A stretch of DNA of 64,000 bases from positions 3,116 to 67,115 of the forward strand of contig JASFPP010000001.1 of the NCBI GenBank assembly GCA_050115915.1, given 5' to 3'. Of the stretch, positions 1-8,890 are shown piece by piece. Made by a program: the position numbers and the translations under genes. The notes under the pieces were generated by a model that worked only from the letters and a program-made list of their open reading frames with translations, ran no database searches and was not told where the DNA came from. The stretch is from Candidatus Aminicenantes bacterium (lineage in GTDB: Bacteria; Acidobacteriota; Aminicenantia; Aminicenantales; Aminicenantaceae). The stretch's first letter is position 1; every line of letters starts with the position of its first letter.

Positions 1-672
1 GATCTGCTGGAGGCCCAATACATTGATATTCGCCATAGACCTTGCTGACAGCCTTTGCACTGGCCAGATATCGAGTACGATCCGAGACTCATCATCATAT
101 TCGATCGACCTGTACGCGTAATTTCCGTCAATACCGATCTTGACCTGGAGTTTGCCGTCGGCTCTTCCGTATACGATTGATTTGAGATGTGTCTCGGGCT
201 GGGGTGTCGGGGGGATCGTTTCTTCGGGAACATCCTCCTTTAAAAGAACTGGGGGTTGGGCTGTCGTCCTTTGCTGGGGACGGAAAATCACTTTGATTCC
301 AGTCTCCACCTGGATGATCTCATAGGAGGGGATCGCCTCCGCCAAGTCGAATACAACTCTCGCAGTTTGGGGCTGGAAACGGCCCACACGGATCGCTTTA
401 ACGTTAAACGCATCAACTTCCTGGGATTCACCTGCCAGGATATCTCCGACGGGTGAGAATTCAACGACAAGCCGTGAAGGATCTCTCAACTCAAAATGTT
501 GATATCCAAATTCTCCATCCACTTCCAGTATCACCTCCAAAAATTCGGGGGATCTCCGGACTTCTACGCTTTTAAAAACAGCCAGGTTTTCTTGGGATGT
601 ATCTGGCCATGTTACAGGTGCCATTACCAGAATGAGAACCCACACTAGGATTATATTTCTCGCTTTAATCAA
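1..672 (-). CDS. AMIN-domain envelope protein, N-terminal part (AmiC-type N-acetylmuramoyl-L-alanine amidase or secretin-like); C-terminus beyond window start
   Basis: Stop-free minus-strand frame from about 672 to position 1 (>220 codons). It is absent from the ORF track because it runs off the window. TTG at c(670..672) has AAGGAGG 8 nt upstream and overlaps the TGA of the upstream gene; an alternative ATG lies at c(623..625). The N-terminus MIKARNIILVWVLILVMAPVTW looks like a signal/anchor. Two ~70-aa repeats with RLVVEF / RIVLDIW cores resemble AMIN domains. Confidence 0.55.
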   Translation of the reverse strand, partial: MIKARNIILVWVLILVMAPVTWPDTSQENLAVFKSVEVRRSPEFLEVILEVDGEFGYQHFELRDPSRLVVEFSPVGDILAGESQEVDAFNVKAIRVGRFQPQTARVVFDLAEAIPSYEIIQVETGIKVIFRPQQRTTAQPPVLLKEDVPEETIPPTPQPETHLKSIVYGRADGKLQVKIGIDGNYAYRSIEYDDESRIVLDIWPVQRLSARSMANINVLGLQQI

Positions 673-2798
673 TGTTCTCTACCTCCTTGAGATGTATCTT
701 GACCTGTGTTTGAAGGGGGGCCTTCAACGCCGTCTTTTCGAACCATTGTTACAGTATATTTATAGTTTAACGAATATTCAATATTTATGTCTAAATATTG
801 CCGATCGAAATTGTCGAAATTTGGAAAGCTAATGACACCTGGGGCGAATACCTCTGGAACTTTGAGGAGAAGTGTTTTTATCACTTTGAACAAGGAAGAA
901 CTGCTGCCGGCCTTTTTACGATAAATCCTGTAGGTTCTGAATTCGGATCTATCCTGTATCTTGTGTGAGTCCCGCCAAGTGAGGTTGTTGGCTTCTCTCA
1001 CAGAATCCCCGACTTGATCGTGAAGGCGGACAACCCAGAGTCCCTCAGCCGGGAATGGAATTCTGTGGATCTCCTCCGACCAGGATCTTGCCATGACCTG
1101 ATAGCCCTTTTGGTTAGGGTGAACCTTGTCGGTGGAGAGAAGCGATCTCCAGCCCCCATCATTTTGGGGCCAGTCAAAGTAGATATCGAACATATCGACA
1201 TAAGCGACTTTAATCCGCGTCGCCAGATTCCTGATCTTATCATTCAGATCAAAGATTCTTTGTTTGTAAAAAGCATTATCCCATCTGTGATCCTTCCTGG
1301 GGATGATCGTTGAGAGAACGGGGAAGACTTTTCTACCCCGGCATATCCGGAGCATTTGCTCAAGGTTATAAGCTGTTGTATTCATGGAGATATGATTAAA
1401 TATCACATCGTTCGTTCCCTCCATGAGAAGAAGATATCTGACCTGATGCTTATCGAGAACAGCGGGCATTCTTGCCAGTCCCTGATGGGTTAACTCGCCC
1501 GGCCAGCCTTCATTTAAGACAAAAGTAGGACCATAAGATGTCCAGAGAAGGGATTCCAATCGGGGGATGTATCCGAGCTCAGGAGTGTATTGGTAGTCCA
1601 TCATGCCGTAAGTGATGCTGTCACCGAAGCCAATGTACTTACTCTCATCCAGAACGGCCTGTTGTCTGGTCTTGATCCCGGTTTCATCGGATCGGAAATC
1701 GTTTTTTTGAAGGAGTTCTGCGAGCCGCATAACCTGTGAATGTATCTGCAGGCCTTCTTGCCACGTGAGGCCGATCTTGTCTCCTTGGATCGTGATCCTG
1801 GGAGATCCTGCGAGTTGTGTCTTCCCGGAATAAAGGAGGATCTCTTGACTCCAAGTGCCTTCTCGTTGATACCGGCAGGAGAGGAAGTTTTGACTTCCGC
1901 TTGATTGGCTCCAGACGACGACAGGAATTCCGCCCGATACAAAAGACAGGCTGGGATGGACATCCGTGTCTGTATTGTCGGTTATGCGTTCCTGTTCCGA
2001 CCAAGTATGGCCGTTCCAGACGGAATAAAAGATCTCATAATCGTGGCCATCATGCGAACACCATGTGACCCACGGGAGTCCGTTCGCATCCAGGTCGGCA
2101 TCAGGGAGGATATGAGGAGCATCACTTGTTCTGTTGATCTGGAAGGGGGTTGACCAAAGGTTCCCATCCCAGTAGACGGAGAGAATTTTGTCCTTGCCGT
2201 TGACATTGCCAGACCAAAAGATCCAAATTTTCCCCGTGGCATCTGCTAAGATTTTTGGCTGGTAAACACCATCGAAGGAAGGGGAATTGACGAGCCACGA
2301 TGACTCTGTCTTCATCTCTTTGACCAGAAGCTGAAATTGTCCCTCTGTGTAACGAACCCAGGTCAACCATGCAATATTTGAGAGGTCAAAGCAAAAATCC
2401 GGCGCAAAGTGGTAGCCTTTTGGGGGGCTAATGATCATCGGAGATAGACCGGATTTCCCATCCAACCTTGAAAAGAGAATAGCATTATCGTTATCTGCCC
2501 CCTCCTCCCAGATGGCCCAGGTCATTCCTTGACGGTCCATTTTAGTCACGGGGGCCGAAACGCTTGTGCTTGAGAAAATTTCCTCGACCGTGTATTCCCC
2601 GGAGCTGGAATTCTGCCAGGCTTTACTCAACCCGCCTCGCTGATTTTTAAAGAAAAATACCAAATCCCCCGATTTATATATGACAGGCGAGGCCGATTCC
2701 CCCTTTATCCGATGTGTCTCAGGAGTTGTCCCTCGAAGCAGAAAAGGAGGGATGGTCGTCAACAGTACGAGCAACAGAAAATATTGTGTTTTCTTCAT
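669..2798 (-). CDS. secreted two-domain protein: N-terminal beta-propeller-like repeats plus C-terminal SGNH/GDSL hydrolase
   Basis: Signal peptide MKKTQYFLLLVLLTTIPPFLL. It is followed by about 7 repeats of ~50 aa ending in W (TWAIW, AWLTW, IWIFW, PWVTW, VVVW, GLTW). The C-terminal part has the GDSL block IGFGDSITYG and a distal DxxH (DKVHPNQKG), typical of SGNH esterases/lipases. Confidence 0.7.
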   Translation of the reverse strand: MKKTQYFLLLVLLTTIPPFLLRGTTPETHRIKGESASPVIYKSGDLVFFFKNQRGGLSKAWQNSSSGEYTVEEIFSSTSVSAPVTKMDRQGMTWAIWEEGADNDNAILFSRLDGKSGLSPMIISPPKGYHFAPDFCFDLSNIAWLTWVRYTEGQFQLLVKEMKTESSWLVNSPSFDGVYQPKILADATGKIWIFWSGNVNGKDKILSVYWDGNLWSTPFQINRTSDAPHILPDADLDANGLPWVTWCSHDGHDYEIFYSVWNGHTWSEQERITDNTDTDVHPSLSFVSGGIPVVVWSQSSGSQNFLSCRYQREGTWSQEILLYSGKTQLAGSPRITIQGDKIGLTWQEGLQIHSQVMRLAELLQKNDFRSDETGIKTRQQAVLDESKYIGFGDSITYGMMDYQYTPELGYIPRLESLLWTSYGPTFVLNEGWPGELTHQGLARMPAVLDKHQVRYLLLMEGTNDVIFNHISMNTTAYNLEQMLRICRGRKVFPVLSTIIPRKDHRWDNAFYKQRIFDLNDKIRNLATRIKVAYVDMFDIYFDWPQNDGGWRSLLSTDKVHPNQKGYQVMARSWSEEIHRIPFPAEGLWVVRLHDQVGDSVREANNLTWRDSHKIQDRSEFRTYRIYRKKAGSSSSLFKVIKTLLLKVPEVFAPGVISFPNFDNFDRQYLDINIEYSLNYKYTVTMVRKDGVEGPPSNTGQDTSQGGREH

Positions 2799-2810
2799 GT
2801 TAAACTACAA

Positions 2811-2819
2811 TTTATACCA
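2811..2819 (-). promoter_or_regulatory. extended -10 box TGGTATAAA about 12 nt upstream of the 669..2798 gene start (possible near-leaderless promoter)
   Basis: Minus-strand reading TGGTATAAA with the same TGGTATAA(T/A)TTG context as the copy at 13850..13858. No Shine-Dalgarno lies between the box and the ATG. Confidence 0.35.
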
Positions 2820-2849
2820 TAGCAAATCCCTAAAAGCAATCTGGCGCAC

Positions 2850-3115
2850 GGGGCCGGGAGCATCCCGAAAACCTGATGCTTGCTGCCTGATTGATCCCAT
2901 TAGGGATTCGAAAACAAAATTCCTTCTGGTTTCCCCTGCGAGGAAAATTCGTTCGGACGCGGGCGCTTTCCTCACATTTCCCATTGGGAGATGTCTCCTG
3001 CCCCATAAGCTCTTTTCACGGTTTTCTCCACCACACAATGGGCCCCCCTATTAGTGCAACAAGAATTCATGTCGTCACGGTTTTAGGATCCTAGCCATCG
3101 GGGAATAGGGGGTGT
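2850..3115. repeat. copy A of a paralogous ~270-bp conserved element (second copy at 13560..13845, opposite orientation)
   Basis: Ungapped nucleotide alignment to the reverse complement of 13560..13845. It includes an identical 22-mer ACGGTTTTCTCCACCACACAAT (3019..3040) and a conserved hairpin ACATTTCCC-att-GGGAGATGT (2974..2994). It contains track ORF 2891..3094 (+) whose C-terminal 40 aa are conserved in the copy-B ORF. Confidence 0.6.
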
Positions 3116-3139
3116 TATCGAAAGGAGCGAGGAAGAAGA

Positions 3140-4117
3140 TCAAGGCATCCTTTTAAAGATAAATTTCCAGAGATATTCTTTGGGGATTCCGAAAATTTTA
3201 TCCCTCCAGACACGGTCGCATTGACTGCAGGTTTTTAGATCATCGATGTCTTGTGCGAGCGCTTTTTTCCGCAGGCGCTGCATTTTGTCGTTATTCCAGA
3301 TCTCTCGGATGAGGGTATCTTTGACGTTTCCTAAAACGTAATAGCCAAAGAAGTCCTGCGTACACGGGAGCACAGCACCGTCCCAGAAAATGATCAGAGC
3401 GTGCCAGAGAAAAGTGCATGGAGAATAATTTTTGCGGTTTCTCTGACCCTCCACTTCCCCTGCCCAGTTGTGAAATTCTTTGATCTCCAGCCGGTTTAGC
3501 GGGAGTCCCTTGAATGTGTTAGTAAAATCTTTCCTTTGGCTTTTGTTGGCGCGGATCCGGTGCTCCGGGAAGTTTATCAGTTCTAAAATGGTGAAGGGTT
3601 TTTTGCTCTTTAATTCTTTCTTAATTTCCAAAAACCGCACGATATTTCCAACGGTTTTATTAAAATCTCCGTTGATCCGGATGCTTTCATAGGTGTCTTT
3701 ATCATACCCATCGAAGGAAAACGAGAATTGATCGATTCCGGATTCGATGAGCTTGTACGCTTTATCCTCATCCAGGAGTGTCCCGTTCGTGTGGAACTTG
3801 ACGATCAGTTTTTTATCGTGGGCGTACCTGGCCATTTTGAAAAAATCCGGATGGAGAAGCGATTCGCCTCGGTGAAGAAGATGCACATCTGCTGCAAATG
3901 CGGACACCTCGTCGATGATCTTCTTGAAAAGGTCGAACTCCATGAATCCCTTATCCTCTTTTTTGAGATCCTTGTTCGGACACATCACGCATTTTAGATT
4001 ACAGTGATTTGTCGGTTCTATCCACAGACGCACGGGCATCTGTTTCAGCACCACCTTCTGTCTTTTATAACTGATAAAAAGCCCTAGCAACCTGTTGTAG
4101 TATTCAAACTTATTCAT
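3140..4117 (-). CDS. radical SAM protein with C-terminal SPASM-type cysteine cluster
   Basis: CxxxCxxC motif in PTNHCNLKCVMCPN. Second Cys cluster CTFLW...CTQDFF...CSQCD near the C-terminus, as in SPASM/twitch domains. Only 33 nt separate it from rsmA upstream, so the two are probably co-transcribed. Confidence 0.8.
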   Translation of the reverse strand: MNKFEYYNRLLGLFISYKRQKVVLKQMPVRLWIEPTNHCNLKCVMCPNKDLKKEDKGFMEFDLFKKIIDEVSAFAADVHLLHRGESLLHPDFFKMARYAHDKKLIVKFHTNGTLLDEDKAYKLIESGIDQFSFSFDGYDKDTYESIRINGDFNKTVGNIVRFLEIKKELKSKKPFTILELINFPEHRIRANKSQRKDFTNTFKGLPLNRLEIKEFHNWAGEVEGQRNRKNYSPCTFLWHALIIFWDGAVLPCTQDFFGYYVLGNVKDTLIREIWNNDKMQRLRKKALAQDIDDLKTCSQCDRVWRDKIFGIPKEYLWKFIFKRMP

Positions 4118-4150
4118 TCGATTAGAGTTCTTATAGCATTATTGCTGGTA

Positions 4151-4969
4151 TCAATCAATAGGGGATGATGAAGCCATGAGTGTTTCGAACAGGGAATGAA
4201 AACCTTTTATGGAAAGCTGTTCAGGCCTTATCTTTTTTTCGATGTCAAGATTTTGAAAAACAGTATCCAGATGGTCGCGATGATAGCCGCCCATGATCAG
4301 ATTATTGAAGAGCGTTTTTCTGCGGCTCTGAAACGAAGTCTTTAAAAAGCGCCGGAATTTATCCTCGTCTGTGAGTTCATAAAGAGGCTTTTCTCTTTTC
4401 TTCAGGGAAAGAAGAGCGGACATGACCTTGGGTGGCGGACTGAATGACTGGGGGCCGATCCGCGCGCGGATGTGCGTCTCGAATTCGTTCTGGAAGAGGA
4501 TCGAGATGGGGGCGAATTTTTTGGATCCTGGGGCTGCGCAGATCCTCTCGGCGACTTCCAATTGAAGGAGAAATACGCAGAACGAGAGGAGCTCTTTGTG
4601 TTCGTAGATCTTGAAAAGAATGGGTGACGATATGGAGTAGGGAAGATTTCCGACGATTTTTGGCTTATCCTGAAGAGGTTTTTTTTCGCTGATCAGGCTT
4701 TTGAAATCGACTTTGAGGAAATCTCCTTCGCGAATGGACAGATTGGGGATTTTTTTCTCTTTGAGTAGAAAAGCCAGCGCTCTGTCCTTTTCGATGGCGA
4801 CAACCTCTCCTGCCCATTCGGTTAACGGGATGGTCAAGGCTCCTTTCCCTGGTCCGATTTCTATAATGACATCTTCGTTCTGGGGAGAGATGCAGGCGAT
4901 GATTTTTTTCAGGACATGCGGATTTTTAAGAAAATGTTGGCCCAGTATTTTTGTCTTTCTGTGAGTCAT
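4151..4969 (-). CDS. rsmA: 16S rRNA (adenine1518/1519-N6)-dimethyltransferase RsmA/KsgA
   Basis: GQHFLKNPHVLKKII and SAM-binding IEIGPGKGALT motifs; length 272 aa, typical for KsgA. Confidence 0.9.
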   Translation of the reverse strand: MTHRKTKILGQHFLKNPHVLKKIIACISPQNEDVIIEIGPGKGALTIPLTEWAGEVVAIEKDRALAFLLKEKKIPNLSIREGDFLKVDFKSLISEKKPLQDKPKIVGNLPYSISSPILFKIYEHKELLSFCVFLLQLEVAERICAAPGSKKFAPISILFQNEFETHIRARIGPQSFSPPPKVMSALLSLKKREKPLYELTDEDKFRRFLKTSFQSRRKTLFNNLIMGGYHRDHLDTVFQNLDIEKKIRPEQLSIKGFHSLFETLMASSSPID

Positions 4970-5161
4970 GTCACATGAGTGGATAAGCCTAAATTCGCGA
5001 TCTTCTTCCGGATCTCTTTCTCTATGATTACTTTTTATTCTAACGTATCAAAGATTTCTCTATGGAGCAACTTACTATCCATTTCAATCTTCTGTCCCAT
5101 GGAAATTTTAACATATCTTCCGTATCGATTTCAGGGGAAAAGTACGCAGAAATCTCCATAC

Positions 5162-5189
5162 TTGACAATATATATAAAATTTATATAAT
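5162..5189 (+). promoter_or_regulatory. sigma70-like promoter for the cysteine desulfurase gene
   Basis: TTGACA (5162..5167), 16-nt spacer, TATAAT (5184..5189), about 30 nt upstream of the ATG at 5220 in an AT-rich divergent intergenic region. Confidence 0.45.
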
Positions 5190-5219
5190 AAATAGACTAA
5201 AAGGCGAAAAACAGTCGAT

Positions 5220-6443
5220 ATGTCTATTGATACCGATAAAATAAGAGAAGATTTTCCTGCGTTGCAAAAATCTTATAATTCGAAGCCCATCATCTATCTC
5301 GATAATGCCTGTATGACTTTAAAGCCAAAGCAGGTCACGGATGCCGTTGTCGATTACTACCATAATTTTCCAGGATGTCACGGAAGAACGAACCACCATT
5401 TTGGTGTGGAAACCACAAAAAAGATCGAGGATTCCCGCCAGAAAATACAGAGATTTTTCAACGCCTCATCCAAGGAAGAAATCGTTTTTCTGCGCAACAG
5501 CACCGAGGGCCTCAACCTCCTCGCCAACACGATCGATTTCAAGCCGGGCGATATTGTCGTGTCCTCTGATATCGAGCACAATTCCAACCTGAGACCCTGG
5601 CAGATCATGGAGCGGAAGAAAAATATCAGCCGGGTCATCATCCCGACTCATGAAGACACCATCTTCGACCTCGAAAAATACAAGGAGATAATGTCCTCCC
5701 GGGTGAAGCTGGTCACAGTGCTTGCCACTTCGAACTTGACCGGCGTGTCCTTCCCTCTGGAGGAAATTATTCAGCACGCCCATAAACATAGAGCCCTGGT
5801 TTGTGTTGACGCCGCGCAAAGCAGCCTTTACCAGCCTATAGATGTTCAAAGGATGGATATCGATTTTATGGTCGCCTCCATCCACAAGATGTGGGGGCCC
5901 ACAGGAGTGGGGATCCTGTACGGTAAAAAACAGCTTCTGAATGAGCTCCCTCAGTTTCTGGCAGGCGGAGAGACCGTCGAAGACACGACCTACACCGGTG
6001 CAACTCTTGCACGGCTTCCCGACAAGTTCGAAGCCGGACTTCAGAATTACGCGGGAATCATCGGTGCTGGCGCTACGATCGATTACATCAGACAGATTGG
6101 CCAGAAGAACATCCACGCACACTTACTCGATCTGAATTTCTACGCCACGTCTCAACTTTCTACCATCGATGGCATAAGCTTTATCGGTCCTGAGAATCCC
6201 GGGCTTCGTTCCGGCATTGTGAACCTCCTTGTCGATGGGATCAGCACTGGCGATGTGTCCCGAATCCTGAATGAATCGGAAAATATCATGACACGCTTCG
6301 GGAAACATTGTGTCCATTCCTGGTATAACAGCCGGAAGGTTCCTGAATCACTGAGAATATCCTTCAGCGCTTACAACACCTTTGAGGAGATCGATGTTAT
6401 GACAAATTCCATCAAAAGCATCCTGAAATTCTTCAGGCATTAA
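5220..6443 (+). CDS. cysteine desulfurase / class-V aminotransferase (SufS/CsdA-like)
   Basis: LDNACMTLKP N-terminal block and PLP-lysine region SIHKMWGPTGVGILYG; 407 aa. Confidence 0.85.
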   Translation: MSIDTDKIREDFPALQKSYNSKPIIYLDNACMTLKPKQVTDAVVDYYHNFPGCHGRTNHHFGVETTKKIEDSRQKIQRFFNASSKEEIVFLRNSTEGLNLLANTIDFKPGDIVVSSDIEHNSNLRPWQIMERKKNISRVIIPTHEDTIFDLEKYKEIMSSRVKLVTVLATSNLTGVSFPLEEIIQHAHKHRALVCVDAAQSSLYQPIDVQRMDIDFMVASIHKMWGPTGVGILYGKKQLLNELPQFLAGGETVEDTTYTGATLARLPDKFEAGLQNYAGIIGAGATIDYIRQIGQKNIHAHLLDLNFYATSQLSTIDGISFIGPENPGLRSGIVNLLVDGISTGDVSRILNESENIMTRFGKHCVHSWYNSRKVPESLRISFSAYNTFEEIDVMTNSIKSILKFFRH

Positions 6444-6459
6444 AGGAGACAAAGCGACT

Positions 6460-6837
6460 ATGGCCTGCTGTGCACTTAAAAAACAAAAAAAGCAACTCAT
6501 GATTCTTCCTGTTTTTCTTTTTTTTCTGAGTGTGATGTTCGGTGGCTCGCTCATCCTGTGCCTATCCCTGGGTGGTGTGTTTTCTCGCAATCTTGCCGGG
6601 AAAAGGGACAAAGCTCAAGGCTTGCTCAAAGAGCTCCTCAGAGGTCTGAAGACAAAAATTTTGAACCAGCCCTTTCTGTTCGATTCCAGCGTCCGCTGCA
6701 AGATCAGCGGAAGGATGATGCGCCGCTCCACTCTGTTGGCCGGAGCCGTCTACCGATATTTCAACTTGATCGTTCTGGCTGTTCTCCTGCTTTCTGTTCT
6801 CAGCTTAGTCCAAGGCGCAAGAGCTCTGGGAATCTAA
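6460..6837 (+). CDS. hypothetical small membrane protein (2 predicted TM helices)
   Basis: 125-aa ORF filling the gap between the desulfurase and PP-loop genes, with two hydrophobic stretches. No recognisable motif, so it may be non-coding. Confidence 0.3.
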   Translation: MACCALKKQKKQLMILPVFLFFLSVMFGGSLILCLSLGGVFSRNLAGKRDKAQGLLKELLRGLKTKILNQPFLFDSSVRCKISGRMMRRSTLLAGAVYRYFNLIVLAVLLLSVLSLVQGARALGI

Positions 6838-6876
6838 AATCGTGTTTTCGACAAGAAATCTGTTATACTGTTCCTT

Positions 6877-7698
6877 TTGGAGTCACCAATGAAAAAAGAG
6901 ATCATCGTCGAGTTTTCCGGAGGTATCGACTCTCTCTATGCCGCCCATTTCCTGGCACGGCAGTACGAAAAGGTCCACCTTCTGACCTTCTATAAAGGCT
7001 ATTTGCATTTTGCTTTGAAAGCCAGCCGCCCCAATGTTGACCTGTTGAAAAAACTGCATGGCGAGGACAGAATCGTCTATAAGATCATCAATATTCGAGA
7101 TATATTTAGAGAGATGGCCGTTAAAAGCTACAAGGAAACCAGCAAGAATTACGGGAACGAAGTCGCCTGGTGTATCCCCTGCCGGGCATCGATGGCCATC
7201 GGCAGCATCATTTACGCCCTTGAGAACGAGATCTCTGAATTTACGGATGGTGCCAACTGGGAACAGGCGCCCGACGGAGAAAAACTCCTTGTGACTGCTG
7301 ACAATTATCCGGAGTTCTTGGAATCCGTCAAAAGTTTCGCGGAGGAATACAGCGTCCGTTACCTCCCTATACTCTACGACCTGAACACTCGGGAGGAACG
7401 GAGGGACGAACTCCTGAAGCTGGGTGCCAAAATTGACTTCAACAGTATGGACAGGAAGAAAAAGTCCGTCCTGGATGTGTTCGACCGTGATTTTTACAGC
7501 AGAGTCCAGCCCATCTGCCTGTCCGGTTACCTCGTCCATTGGAAGAGAAATTTCTTCAACGTCAAGGAAGATGTCACGCCCGAAAAGGTGGTGGAATCCA
7601 TCAAACCTAAACTCGATGGGGTGGGGAGAAAAATGATAGAGCTTTACTTTGAGAAAAAGAAGATCGATCTCCAAGACATCCTCAGCCACCGCAACTGA
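6877..7698 (+). CDS. PP-loop (adenine-nucleotide alpha-hydrolase) family ATP pyrophosphatase, ThiI/QueC-like; probable sulfur-transfer or amidation enzyme
   Basis: N-terminal PP-loop SGGIDS (FSGGIDSLYAAHFLA) and a conserved CIPCR cysteine pair. It sits next to the cysteine desulfurase. The fully antisense 268-aa ORF 6883..7689 has no motif and is rejected. Confidence 0.65.
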   Translation: MESPMKKEIIVEFSGGIDSLYAAHFLARQYEKVHLLTFYKGYLHFALKASRPNVDLLKKLHGEDRIVYKIINIRDIFREMAVKSYKETSKNYGNEVAWCIPCRASMAIGSIIYALENEISEFTDGANWEQAPDGEKLLVTADNYPEFLESVKSFAEEYSVRYLPILYDLNTREERRDELLKLGAKIDFNSMDRKKKSVLDVFDRDFYSRVQPICLSGYLVHWKRNFFNVKEDVTPEKVVESIKPKLDGVGRKMIELYFEKKKIDLQDILSHRN

Positions 7699-7787
7699 CC
7701 CTTTTCGTTTCGTAGATTTTCTTATTTTTCCAAAAGAACATCCGATTTCTTCTTTTCGCCAAAGGATAATCCGGTCTTGATGTCCAA

Positions 7788-7816
7788 TTGAAGGGTGCGG
7801 CCCAATTGTTTACAAT
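7788..7816 (+). promoter_or_regulatory. sigma70-like promoter for the TolB-like gene
   Basis: TTGAAG, 17-nt spacer, TACAAT (7811..7816), followed by GGAG/GAGG Shine-Dalgarno and the ATG at 7832. Confidence 0.4.
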
Positions 7817-7831
7817 GGAGACGAGGTCAAA

Positions 7832-8797
7832 ATGAAAAAAAAGAGTGTATTTATTCTTATATGTTTGTATTCAGCTTTGCTGGTGTTCTGTCAGCCACAC
7901 AATGACAGCCAAGTGGCAGAACAGGTTGCGGGCAACTTCGAAGATTATATGCCCGAGATTGAATTCGAAGGAAAAATTGTTTTCCAGTCAGATATGGATG
8001 GCGACTATGAGATCTATCTCCTGACAAAGAATGGATTGGCAAAGCTGACGGATAACGATTGGAACGACGAAAATCCCAAGTGGTCTCCGGATGGGACAAA
8101 GATTGGGTTTACAGCAAATCCAGACGGGAAATATGAGATGTTCGTCATGGATAGCAATGGTCAAAATGTCGTCCAGCTCACGACAGACCTTCGCAATCCC
8201 ATCGGCCATGCCGGCCATAACTGGCATCCTGACGGAAAAAGGATCGCCTACACGGTCGAACGGAGGAGAGGATTCAGGAAGAGCCACAACATGAAAATAG
8301 TGGATATCCAGTCCAAAAAGATGGTCGCGCTGGCCCCTCAATTGAAGGGGAAGGCGGCGATTCCCGATTTTGCACCCTCAGAACCATTGCTGGGGATCAC
8401 TGCCAAGCGAACGATCGGCTGGGAAGTCGCTGTGTTCGATCTCCGCACTAAGGAACTTTCCATCCTTACAGAGGGAGGAGATAGCTGCCGCCCGCATTTT
8501 TCTTGGGATGGAAAACGCATCGCCTATGTCTCCTCAGAGGCCGATGGAAAGGGGGATATCTGGTTGATGAATCCGGACGGAAGCGATAAATCCCGGCTGA
8601 CCCAGAGAGATGAACACCATGATTATTTTCCTGCGTGGTCTCCCGATGACAGGTTCGTCGTCTTCAGCTCGACCCTCAAATATAACAAAAAATTAAAAGG
8701 GGATTGGGGGCTTTACTTGGTCCGGGTAGATAACAAGGAGATCACCCTGTTGCTGGATACTCCTGGGGGGGATCTATTTCCTGATTGGTACCGATGA
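7832..8797 (+). CDS. periplasmic TolB-like beta-propeller (PD40/WD40-like repeat) protein
   Basis: Signal peptide, then repeated SPDG..I.F / DG..I.Y motifs (SPDGTKIGFTANPDGKYEMFVMDSNGQNVVQLT, WSPDDRFVVFSS) characteristic of TolB C-terminal propeller blades. Confidence 0.7.
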   Translation: MKKKSVFILICLYSALLVFCQPHNDSQVAEQVAGNFEDYMPEIEFEGKIVFQSDMDGDYEIYLLTKNGLAKLTDNDWNDENPKWSPDGTKIGFTANPDGKYEMFVMDSNGQNVVQLTTDLRNPIGHAGHNWHPDGKRIAYTVERRRGFRKSHNMKIVDIQSKKMVALAPQLKGKAAIPDFAPSEPLLGITAKRTIGWEVAVFDLRTKELSILTEGGDSCRPHFSWDGKRIAYVSSEADGKGDIWLMNPDGSDKSRLTQRDEHHDYFPAWSPDDRFVVFSSTLKYNKKLKGDWGLYLVRVDNKEITLLLDTPGGDLFPDWYR

Positions 8798-8890
8798 TCT
8801 CATATTCCCCTGATTTTACAGGATCTTCCAAAAAGGTTTTTTTGATCTTATCTTTTGCCTATTCGAGAGGTTTCGCTTCTGGATGAATGG

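Noticed and set aside
2680-3054. ORF 2680..3054 (+) 124 aa overlapping the start of the 669..2798 gene
   Set aside because: It overlaps a well-supported gene in antisense and runs in a different frame from the conserved peptide frame of the paralogous element. Composition is unremarkable.
6883-7689. 268-aa ORF fully antisense to the PP-loop ATPase gene
   Set aside because: The plus-strand frame carries the SGGIDS PP-loop and CxxC motifs. The antisense frame has no motif and reflects the long open antisense frames common in moderately GC-balanced coding DNA.
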